Below are positions 50,601 through 57,494 of a stretch of 64,000 nucleotides of DNA, piece after piece. A program made the position numbers and the translations under genes. The notes below the pieces were generated by a model. It saw nothing but the letters and a program-made list of their open reading frames with translations. It did not search any database and had not been told where the DNA came from. This stretch comes from Candidatus Latescibacterota bacterium (lineage in GTDB: Bacteria; Latescibacterota; UBA2968; GCA-2709665): positions 4,992,001-5,056,000 of the forward strand of contig OZ250150.1 in the NCBI GenBank assembly GCA_965237675.1, read 5' to 3'. Each line of letters begins with the position of its first letter. Positions within the stretch are counted from its first letter, which is position 1.

Positions 50601-51457
50601 GTTGAAGCCGGCACCGTTCCCGTGATGCTGCCGTCCGACGCGACACTGATCCACGACGGCGTATCACTGCCGGTCTTCTTCGAAAACGTGATCGGCGTGC
50701 ATCCACCACTCGCGCTCGACGTGATATTGATCGAGCCGCCAGGAGACGCCGGCACGTCGTCGATATCGTCGATCACGAGCGTCGGACAGTTTGGTTCCCC
50801 AGGCGTGGCGAAGGCCACATCCGAGGAAGGTCCAACCTTGCTTCCGGCTTGCGCCCTGACTTTGAACCGATACGTGGTGCCGTTCGTCAGATCGGTCACG
50901 ATATAGGTCGTCGTGTTCCTTTCGCTGCCTGGCACATCATTCCAAACATACGGTTGTCTGCCCTCCTTGACGCCGTATCGCCAGGATGAAACTCGATCCG
51001 TGGCGCTGGCCGCGCTCCAAGACAGCGTCACCTGCTCGTCGCCCGCTAACGCACTTAAGGTCGGAGTTGGGAAATCCTGCCCCTGACCGGGGGTGGCAGA
51101 CACCGCATCCGACGAAGGCCCTGTTTCGCTACCATCTCGCGCTTGAACCTTGAACCGATACGGGGTCCCATTCGTCAGGCCCGTCACCGTATACCTTGTT
51201 GTGTTCCTGTTGCTGCCTGGTACTTCCTTCCAAACATACGCGTTTCTGCCCTCCTTGACGCCGTATCTCCAGGATGAGGCTCGATCGGTGCTCTGAACCT
51301 CACTCCACGTCAGCGTCACCTGCCCGTCGCCCGCGACGGCAGTTACGGTCGGCGTTGGGAAACTCTGACCGTAAGATTGGGCGGGTAAACCTAAGAGCGA
51401 CACTAATGCAGAAAATAATGCGATACCGATTACGGCCTTTCGGTTAGCGTAATACAT
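44690..51457 (-). CDS. Giant surface protein: 2 FN3 + 22 Ig-like (He_PIG/cadherin-like) repeats + C-terminal dockerin
   Basis: Signal peptide; VTGLTNGT.YRFKV FN3 motifs; PSW.SV..G.ITGT.P...TVTATD repeats; GDFNRDG...DLNRDGVINFADM paired EF-hand dockerin. Confidence 0.9.
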   Translation of the reverse strand: MYYANRKAVIGIALFSALVSLLGLPAQSYGQSFPTPTVTAVAGDGQVTLTWSEVQSTDRASSWRYGVKEGRNAYVWKEVPGSNRNTTRYTVTGLTNGTPYRFKVQARDGSETGPSSDAVSATPGQGQDFPTPTLSALAGDEQVTLSWSAASATDRVSSWRYGVKEGRQPYVWNDVPGSERNTTTYIVTDLTNGTTYRFKVRAQAGSKVGPSSDVAFATPGEPNCPTLVIDDIDDVPASPGGSINITSSASGGCTPITFSKKTGSDTPSWISVASDGSITGTVPASTGCESFTVTVTATDAQGATADASFMITVTGEALAVDNIDDVPASPGGSINITSSASGGCTPITFSKKTGSDTPSWISVASDGSITGTVPASTGCESFTVTVTATDAQGATADASFMITVTGEALAVDNIDDVPASPGGSINITSSASGGCTPITFSKKTGSDTPSWISVASDGSITGTVPASTGCESFTVTVTATDAQGATADASFAITVTGEALAVDNIDDVPASPGGSINITSSASGGCTPITFSKKTGSDTPSWISVASDGSITGTVPSSTGCESFTVTVTATDAQGATADASFAITVTGEALAVDNIDDVPASPGGSINITSSASGGCTPITFSKKTGSDTPSWISVASDGSITGTVPSSTGCESFTVTVTATDAQGATADASFMITVTGEALAVDNIDDVPASPGGSINITSSASGGCTPITFSKKTGSDTPSWISVASDGSITGTVPSSAGCESFTVTVTATDAQGATADASFAITVSSEALAIDDLDDVTASPGGSINITSSATGGCTPITFAKKPGSDTPSWISVASDGSITGTVPSSAGCESFTVTLTATDAQGATADASFMITVSSEVLAVEDIDDVTASPGGSINITSSATGGCTPVAFTKKTGSDTPSWISVASDGSITGTVPGTAGCESFTVTLTATDAQGATADASFMITVSGEALAVEDIDDVTASPGGSINVSSSATGGCTPVAFTKKTGSDTPSWISVASDGSITGTVPGTAGCESFTVTVTATDAQGATADASFMITVSGEALAVEDIDDVTASPGGSINVSSSASGGCGTKTFTKKSGPSWVSVSSGGRITGTVPTSARCSSPTVTVKVTDGNGNTDEESFTITVPGATLTCGSISNMTKAAGASIDVTATASGGCGTKTFTKKSGPSWVSVSDGGSITGTVPTSARCNNYTVVVKATDRDGKTCEASFTITVPGATLTCGSISNMTKAAGASIDITATTSGGCGTKTFTKKSGPSWISVSSGGRITGTVPTSARCNSYTVVVKATDRDGMTCETSFTITVPGATLTCGSIPDVTKAAGGSIDITATTTGGCTPITFTKKSGPSWISVSSGGRITGTVPTSARCNSYTVVVKATDRDGMTCETSFTITVPGATLTCGSIPDVTKAAGGSIDITATTTGGCTPITFTKKSGPSWISVSSGGRITGTVPTSARCNSYTVVVKATDRDGMTCEASFTITVPGATLTCGSISNMTKAAGASIDITATTSGGCGTKTFTKKSGPSWISVSSGGRITGTVPTSARCNSYTVVVKATDRDGMTCETSFTITVPGATLTCGSIPDVTKAAGGSIDITATTTGGCTPITFTKKSGPSWISVSSGGRITGTVPTSARCNSYTVVVKATDRDGMTCETSFTITVPGATLTCGSIPDVTKAAGGSIDITATTTGGCTPITFTKKSGPSWISVSSGGRITGTVPTSARCNSYTVVVKATDRDGMTCETSFTITVPGATLTCGSIPDVTKAAGGSIDITATTTGGCTPITFTKKSGPSWISVSSGGRITGTVPTSARCNSYTVVVKATDRDGMTCETSFTITVPGATLAIGSISNMTKSPDGSINVTPTASGGCTPITFTKKSGPSWIRVASNGSITGTVPSSAACGNYTVAVLATGNLGQIDDESFDIKVLGATSLSVNDIVDVTVKAGQTMPSRTASASGGCTPIRYSKKSGPSWVSVNSSTGAISGTAQGPLTSNVVTVTATDKQGATDDESFNVRVISPVSVSAISNVVASKGEAISSIQVSASGGTTPYSYSLSGTSGSGLAISSGGLISGTPSSIGNFTMNVTVTDDDDYSAARSFTMRVAEPLFIAPINDAFGELNAGIDVISVDVSGGVTSYSYSLSDAPSGLSISSSGDISGTPTESGNFYVTVNVTDHDGRTASRLFMITISSGDFNRDGRTDADDAAMFNKKSGLSSSDSGFDPRMDLNRDGVINFADMVILTRHIERDSSSRSGSSESGDSSE
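45950..48061 (-). repeat. Eight tandem 264-bp (88-aa) coding repeats, type B
   Basis: Near-identical units at 264-bp spacing (mirrored by shadow ORFs at 46032, 46296, ...); a hybrid A/B unit lies at 48062-48325. Confidence 0.95.
48326..50782 (-). repeat. Nine tandem 273-bp (91-aa) coding repeats, type A
   Basis: Near-identical units at 273-bp spacing, all with KK(T/P)GSDTPSW. Confidence 0.95.
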
Positions 51458-51863
51458 TTCGTTCCTTTACTGTTTGTAATTTCAGCAAACTGGATCTATT
51501 GCGGTCCTTGTTCTAAACGGCTTGCTGACGCTAAAATCCTTCGTCGAAATCCCTGAAGTGGGAATGCTACACGGTTATGACAAATATACTCTAGCCAGAG
51601 TCTCCGACGCACCATCGTTTGGATCGTGGGGTTTTGGAATCGGCCGCTTCCTGAGGCATCCTGCCATGTACGCATGTCTGCACGAAATTTTGGAAGGAAT
51701 GCAGCAATGTCCCTTTGCGACTCAGCACAGGACGGTTGCATAGCCTTTCTATGGACCAATCGAGTTATCGCCAAAACCGTAGAAACATCGTTGCACGAAG
51801 ATCGCATTTCGCGCACGATCATTCGCACCTAACGCTCGCACTTGAGTAACAAAGGCACAATTG

Positions 51864-51891
51864 ATTATAATACATAAATTCGAAACCGCAA
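51864..51891 (-). promoter_or_regulatory. Putative sigma70 promoter of the giant surface-protein gene
   Basis: TTGCGG-16 nt-TATAAT on the minus strand, about 400 nt upstream of ATG 51457. Confidence 0.4.
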
Positions 51892-52020
51892 GTTCGACAA
51901 CCGCAATTTGACGTACTGACGGGTTCGATATAGGAGCCATTTTGAAGGAACCAACACACTAACGGAGGAAGCAGTTCTGCGGTTTACGCACGCGCGAGAT
52001 TCTGACGGAGCAGATAAAAC

Positions 52021-52057
52021 GAGGGACGAATCGCAAATCAACTGCGATTCGTCCCTC
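52021..52057 (-). terminator. Intrinsic terminator after the GWxTD-like gene
   Basis: Perfect 15-bp stem GAGGGACGAATCGCA/TGCGATTCGTCCCTC followed by GTTTTAT on the minus strand. Confidence 0.8.
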
Positions 52058-52091
52058 TATGCAAGGACATTGCGACCGGAAGCCTCCGACC

Positions 52092-54506
52092 TCAATTCTC
52101 CAGGATCTGAAACCGTCCCTCGCGAACCGTCTGCTGGCCGCCGATGAGATCCTTCACCGTCATTTTCACCCGGTAGCGTCCGGATTTGCCTTTTCGCAAG
52201 TCCAACTCCACGTAATCGGACTCGTGCGGCGAAACGCCCACCTGCGTGTAGCTTACCGACACCATCTCACCGGACCCCTTCCGGGCAACTGTTTTCAGCT
52301 TCTTTCGCCCCCGGCGCACCTCGTACCCCACCTCGTATCGGGTGTTACCGAACGCATCCCGCGTCAAGTTGTAAATCTCAAAATAGACAAAAACCGGATC
52401 GCCCGCCCGAAACGCCCGGGACGGCGCCGCGGAAATCCGCCATTTCCCCCGGACCGATTTCGGATCTGAATCCGGGACCGCCTCGCTGACGCGGTAGGCC
52501 ACCTGAAGATCGCTGAGGAGCAACTGCCCGTTATCGTAGTCGGGCACCTCGATCTCCTGGTGATATACCTGAAGCCGGTTGGTATTCGACCGCGACATCT
52601 GCAACGCCAGCCGATAGGCGCCGGGCGCCGCGGTCAGGTCGACCCGGTCGACGGCCAACAGCCCCGTACCTCTGTTCGCCTCCGATATCCGCACGTCCAG
52701 CCGATCCCGTGTCTTCCGCACCTCATCCGTCCGGTTTTCGATCAGGGCGATGCGCCGTTCCAACGTCACCGTTGTGTCGCCGTCTCCGGCCACCAGGACG
52801 TTGTCGAGGGGCAGTCCCAGATTCAATTGCAGGTCCGCCTCTCCGTTACGCCCCCTGAACGAAAGGACTTCGTAATAGAACTCCATGGGATCCAGATGCG
52901 ATATATCGTACCGTTCGGGCATATCCTTCGAGATTCGCGCAACCCGGGCGCCCGGCGCCAGGTTGGGCAATCGCGACATCAGGCTGCGCATGGGGCCCAT
53001 GCGTTGCATGGCGAGTTCGTTCAGATCGTACCCGTCGGGTGTCGGTTCCGGAGCGAAATCGTAGAACCCACTGTACAGTTCATCCGTAAACACCACCTCC
53101 AGGCCGTTTGCGATATCCGTATAGATCCAGACCTCCCAGCCCACCTTCGAGTAATCCATGCTTGTGGTGACCGGCTTGTAATACGTAAGCCCCACGTCGA
53201 TTTCCTCAGGGCCGGACAACGGCTTGTGACTGGTCCCCCAGATCGACTGGGAAAGCGCGCGTTCCGCCGAACGGTCTGACCGGATCGGGTATACCGGACC
53301 GATGAACGTCATGTCCAGCCCGCGCCTCCCGTAAAGTTGAAACGCCATTTTTTCCTGTACACGCTGCACTTTGAGGGGTACCCGAGCATTGATTTGCTTC
53401 CAGCTGGATTTCCAGTCGGGCTCTCCGTACCTGACGAACACCCGGCCGCGGGCATCGAAGGGCCATTGGATTTGACCATACAGGGTCATTGCCCGCCAGA
53501 CGCGCCGGTAGTGCTCCACCCGCCGCATCGCGCCGCCGGTTGTCTGGAACGGGTCGCGCTTCAGCCAGAAACGCCTCAGGAACGCCCCCCGCTCCTCCGG
53601 CGGCGTATTCCGATAGGCCTGAACATCCTCGGGGGCCCCCACAATGGAGATGTCGTCATAGACCGAGCGCACCTTTACAGGTTGGAGTGAAACATACCGC
53701 CCGAATGTCTCCAACGCCTCTTCGTGATCTCCCCAGGCGGCGAAAACCTGTGCCTGAAGGGGCAACCCTTGATGCGGTCCCATCAGCGCCGCCAGTTGCA
53801 GCACATCGTCGTACCGCTCGATCTCCAGCAGATGCCTCGCAAAATCGAACGCGGACTCGTCGTCGTCCGGGTTGCGCGACAGGAATTCCCGAAAATACCG
53901 GATGGCCTCCTGCGCATTTCCCCGCGCCAGATGATAATCGGCCAGCAGTATGTAAGACGGCGCATGGTCCGGATCGTGGCGGAGCGCCGCCCGGGCAGAG
54001 GCCAGGACCTCCTCTTTCTTGCCTAGTTTCAGGTATGCCCGTCCCATCAGTTGGTGGGCATCCGCATAGGTGGAATCGATGCGGATGGCGTGTTCAAGGT
54101 TCTTCAGCGCCCGTTTGGGATTATCCATCAATTCGAGATAAACCCGTCCCAGGCCGTAACGCGCCGCCACCAGCGTGGAATCCTCGATCAGCGCGTCTCT
54201 GAAACGGGATCTCGCCCGTTGCGCATCCCTCGCCATCAGATAGAGCATACCGATCCGCACGCGCAGCAGGGCCCGGGCCGGAAACGCATTCAGGGCCCCC
54301 TCCAGCTGTCCGATCGCCACCCTGAGAGATTCGGGATGATCCGACTTCATCGCGCGGATGTAGATCCCTTCGACCTCCCGCGGCGGAAGCGCGTCCGCCC
54401 ATGCCGATACCGCGCCCCATCCCATAAAGACACACATCGCGGAAATCGCCACGGACCAGAAACCCACGGATATTCGGCTTCCGCATCGCCTTCGCATGTA
54501 AAGCAT
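52092..54506 (-). CDS. Secreted TPR + GWxTD-like domain protein
   Basis: Signal peptide, TPRs, RRFW..RDP...EHYRRV...FDARGRVFVRYGEPD, WEVWIY, LSDLQ; start uncertain (54506, 54497 or 54557). Confidence 0.85.
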   Translation of the reverse strand: MLYMRRRCGSRISVGFWSVAISAMCVFMGWGAVSAWADALPPREVEGIYIRAMKSDHPESLRVAIGQLEGALNAFPARALLRVRIGMLYLMARDAQRARSRFRDALIEDSTLVAARYGLGRVYLELMDNPKRALKNLEHAIRIDSTYADAHQLMGRAYLKLGKKEEVLASARAALRHDPDHAPSYILLADYHLARGNAQEAIRYFREFLSRNPDDDESAFDFARHLLEIERYDDVLQLAALMGPHQGLPLQAQVFAAWGDHEEALETFGRYVSLQPVKVRSVYDDISIVGAPEDVQAYRNTPPEERGAFLRRFWLKRDPFQTTGGAMRRVEHYRRVWRAMTLYGQIQWPFDARGRVFVRYGEPDWKSSWKQINARVPLKVQRVQEKMAFQLYGRRGLDMTFIGPVYPIRSDRSAERALSQSIWGTSHKPLSGPEEIDVGLTYYKPVTTSMDYSKVGWEVWIYTDIANGLEVVFTDELYSGFYDFAPEPTPDGYDLNELAMQRMGPMRSLMSRLPNLAPGARVARISKDMPERYDISHLDPMEFYYEVLSFRGRNGEADLQLNLGLPLDNVLVAGDGDTTVTLERRIALIENRTDEVRKTRDRLDVRISEANRGTGLLAVDRVDLTAAPGAYRLALQMSRSNTNRLQVYHQEIEVPDYDNGQLLLSDLQVAYRVSEAVPDSDPKSVRGKWRISAAPSRAFRAGDPVFVYFEIYNLTRDAFGNTRYEVGYEVRRGRKKLKTVARKGSGEMVSVSYTQVGVSPHESDYVELDLRKGKSGRYRVKMTVKDLIGGQQTVREGRFQILEN

Positions 54507-55092
54507 TTCCTCAGTCCTCCTGGACACAGACATTGCGACGCGTAACACAGGACCCATACTCGGCGCTTTCGCGCGAATACTTTTCCGCGACCCTTATTTC
54601 CCCTGGTCTGGGCCGCCAACAACAGATATCCATCTTCGGATGTATTAAACGATCAAGCTTCAAAAAAGATCGCATGAATTTGCAGAATTGTGTGCAAAGG
54701 AAGACATAATGGCAATAGTCTGAATTCGCATCCTGTCGTCTGTTGGCTGTCCGATATCGATATTTTCCCTTGACAACAAGATTATTTAATTGATATTTGG
54801 TCGCGTTCTGTACTCATTTTCGTCTCCGAACGACTTAATTGCCGTTCACCCGTCCGGTTGTATCTGTTTATCTGTTGTTTAGCGCGAGCAATACTCCGAT
54901 CGCGCCTGGTGGATAATACACCTCTCGGCATCCTCGTTACCCACATCCCACCGTCATACGTCCCCATTTTGATTCTGGAATCTCATTCGTGATCCCGGGG
55001 CCTACTACTCCATTCGGCACGCCGATGAAATCGTAGTTTCTTGTAGACAAACCCAAGTGTGAGGATTTAATAGCGTAGAGAGTCATCCCAGG

Positions 55093-55392
55093 ATGGCGCG
55101 ACATACTTGGGAGGCCATGCTAAATCTCGACGCAGCGTTTGACGACTATATCAAAGCAATGTTTGAGTTCGGATCACAAATTCCGGTGCCTAACAAGTAT
55201 AGTAGGAGTTACGTAGTCCGTGACTTTACACGGGACCAGATTCCCTATGATTATTTCATCGAAGTCTTGGACGTGAGTGATGAAGAGGTAGCGGCAAGAC
55301 CGAAGCCAACTGCTTATATACAAAATTGGGTTGTTGATGATCGTGGGACCAACGTAACTACGATTCCCGAACACGAACTTGAGTTTGTATAG
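55093..55392 (+). CDS. Hypothetical 99-aa ORF in a low-GC patch (possibly the 3' part of a decayed gene)
   Basis: Open frame with a protein-like composition; the same frame continues upstream through two TGA stops. Confidence 0.35.
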   Translation: MARHTWEAMLNLDAAFDDYIKAMFEFGSQIPVPNKYSRSYVVRDFTRDQIPYDYFIEVLDVSDEEVAARPKPTAYIQNWVVDDRGTNVTTIPEHELEFV

Positions 55393-55612
55393 GTCGACAA
55401 CCACGAGTGAATCACTTCGTGGCCCTCCGTTCGAACACGTTCGGTTACAATCGTGGATATACCAACGAGCGAGTTTGGCTACTCCAACGACATAAGAAAC
55501 CTTAGTATGTAAATGTAATCGAGTCCAAACATAATCGTCCAAGACTCGCAAAATTCCAAGCAAGAGCGATTTGTTCCTCAATTATACATGGTCGCAAATG
55601 GTGCAGAACAAT

Positions 55613-55645
55613 GAGCCCCCGGAAGTCTCCGAGAGCTCTTTTTTT
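55613..55645. terminator. Likely bidirectional terminator
   Basis: GAGCCCCCGGA-agtc-TCCGAGAGCTC followed by a T-run on +; the stem pairs fully with GU on the minus strand, downstream of the DUF3179 gene. Confidence 0.6.
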
Positions 55646-55680
55646 GGTCTGGTGTCCATTGGGTCCGGTCGAATTCTCAC

Positions 55681-56892
55681 TCAGTGAATACCCAGGTTCT
55701 GCCAGAACGTGCCCCAGGCGAACCAGAACCCGTTATGAGACGGCAACTGAGTCAGCTTTTTGTCCTGGTGTGTACCGGCTACGCCCTCACCCTTCAGGTT
55801 CCAGGTTGTTCCGGTCTCCTGGTCTTTCAGCAGGAACGGATAGGCGCTCAGGGTCGAATTCACCTTCTCGAACGTCAGCGTGGTTGCCTGGCCATTCACG
55901 TTGATCTCACGCGAGAAGGGAATGGCCAACTGGGCTTGTTGGTAGTGGACCACCAGAATGGGATGCTCATTGGCACCGTCGACGATTACGTCGTTGATGA
56001 CGTCCTCGGCGTGCATGGCCTGGAAGGGATAGGCCTTCACCATCTCTCCGAAGCGGACGCCCATCGCCAGGTCCTTGGCGCCAAAAAGGTCAGACGCGGG
56101 TGTATTCATATTCGGAAATATGATATACGCGTTCGCCGTCCGATAATCCCGTGTACCGTCAAGATACGGATACTGGGTGTAATTGTCAATAGACCCGCCG
56201 GTTCCGTTTCCGTCGATCACCCTGGTATCGGGGTGGATCCGCTTCCAGTATTCCCAGGTGCACTCGGTCACCGGCATCAACTCCAGTTCCTCACCCTGCC
56301 GGGGCCCCACCACCGCTTTGTAAATCATCTGGGGATAAAGCGATTGCCGATCCCGCCTGTCGTACATAATCAGATTATTGTTGAATAACAGGCCGGACAC
56401 ACCCACGTGTATCCGTTCTCCATCGGTGGCCACGCCATTGAAAACCATCCCGGTTCCAGTCAGCGGACAGAGAGTAACGATCACGCTTTGGTTACCCGCC
56501 GTGTCGTTGATGATCTCGTGGTGCCAGCCGATATTGTGGGGATAGGCCCTGGGCTCTCCGTTAATTACAATCCCCATGACAATGTCGTTATCTCGCAGAT
56601 ACCCCCCTCCCGCGGCGCCGGCGATCACAAAGTCGGGATCGGTCAGCGCGGGAATACAATCGGCGCCGCCGCAGCCGGAAATAATCGCGTTCAAGGGGAA
56701 GGAAGCCACATCGAGGAAGTTACCGCCGGCCTGCGGGTCTCGCGCGTGTTGGCTGCTGTTGGATCTGCCCGTGGTCGTACCCGATCCACTGCCGCCGTTG
56801 CCGCCGGTCGGACCGCTAACGGTGTCCCCGCCGCCGCCGCAGGCCGCAAAAATCATGGAAAGAATCAAGGGTAACGAAAAGAGTCGCTTCAT
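55681..56892 (-). CDS. DUF3179-family lipoprotein
   Basis: Lipobox FAAC plus Gly/Ser linker; IPAL, RAYP, HEIIND, CPL, GVSGLL.NNNLIMYDR, FWFAW; ATG 56892 with GGAGG RBS. Confidence 0.85.
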   Translation of the reverse strand: MKRLFSLPLILSMIFAACGGGGDTVSGPTGGNGGSGSGTTTGRSNSSQHARDPQAGGNFLDVASFPLNAIISGCGGADCIPALTDPDFVIAGAAGGGYLRDNDIVMGIVINGEPRAYPHNIGWHHEIINDTAGNQSVIVTLCPLTGTGMVFNGVATDGERIHVGVSGLLFNNNLIMYDRRDRQSLYPQMIYKAVVGPRQGEELELMPVTECTWEYWKRIHPDTRVIDGNGTGGSIDNYTQYPYLDGTRDYRTANAYIIFPNMNTPASDLFGAKDLAMGVRFGEMVKAYPFQAMHAEDVINDVIVDGANEHPILVVHYQQAQLAIPFSREINVNGQATTLTFEKVNSTLSAYPFLLKDQETGTTWNLKGEGVAGTHQDKKLTQLPSHNGFWFAWGTFWQNLGIH

Positions 56893-57322
56893 ACCTGACC
56901 TCCGGTGGGCGGCGCCGCGGCGCCCTGGAGACGGGCGATTCGGATCGATTGAGAAGATTCGAATTTCGGGAAATAATATACCGGGTCCTGGATCAAATGT
57001 AAACCTTCCTGCGTCGGATTGATGGGAAATGTGGTCAAATGGATGGATTTTCGGTTGAATTATCACGCAGAGCACCTTAAAGTTGGCATCATACTCAACT
57101 ATGCTGCTTTGTTCGCGAATCAATCATCTCAACCCCTCACAATGGCTTGTCGAGCCGTTGAGGAAGTGTGTGTGAATGTGATCATAGGATTCGTCGAGCC
57201 AGAAAGTCCCGGTGACGCCCGTTAGTTAGTTGATTTCGCTGGCAGATGCGCTTTTAATGCCCTGCAGAATCCGCGAAAGATCCTGGCCTCCCAGCGGTTC
57301 CATAAGCCGGTTTGAAGTCTAT

Positions 57323-57347
57323 GAGCAGACAAGAATGTCTGCTCCAC
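57323..57347 (-). repeat. REP element
   Basis: GTG-GAGCAGACA-TTCT-TGTCTGCTC on the minus strand: GTGG foot with a perfect palindrome, as in RAYT-associated REPs. Confidence 0.7.
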
Positions 57348-57494
57348 CTTTTCAACCCTTTGTTCGAGGTGTCGCTTGAGCGCATCAACCATCCGATACA
57401 AAACGCCTGTACTTGCTTCCACTTCCCGAAGCAGCAAGGTGCCACTGTCACCTGTCTGCGTGCGGTTTGCACACGCTGAAGACCCGGCATGCGT

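Noticed and set aside
45950-50782. Tandem repeats as a CRISPR array
   Set aside because: Units are 264/273 bp, in frame, contiguous and have no unique spacers; no cas genes nearby
47877-50906. 1009-aa antisense ORF and the series of 86-aa + strand ORFs
   Set aside because: Shadows of the repetitive giant CDS on the opposite strand
51458-52020. Small ORFs upstream of the giant gene
   Set aside because: No RBS or recognisable motifs; more likely promoter and leader DNA
55060-55062. In-frame TGA as selenocysteine
   Set aside because: No redox motif context or recognisable SECIS; a nearby frameshift favours decay
57222-57437. 71-aa minus-strand ORF
   Set aside because: Largely a translation of the REP palindrome (VEQTFLSA); no other support
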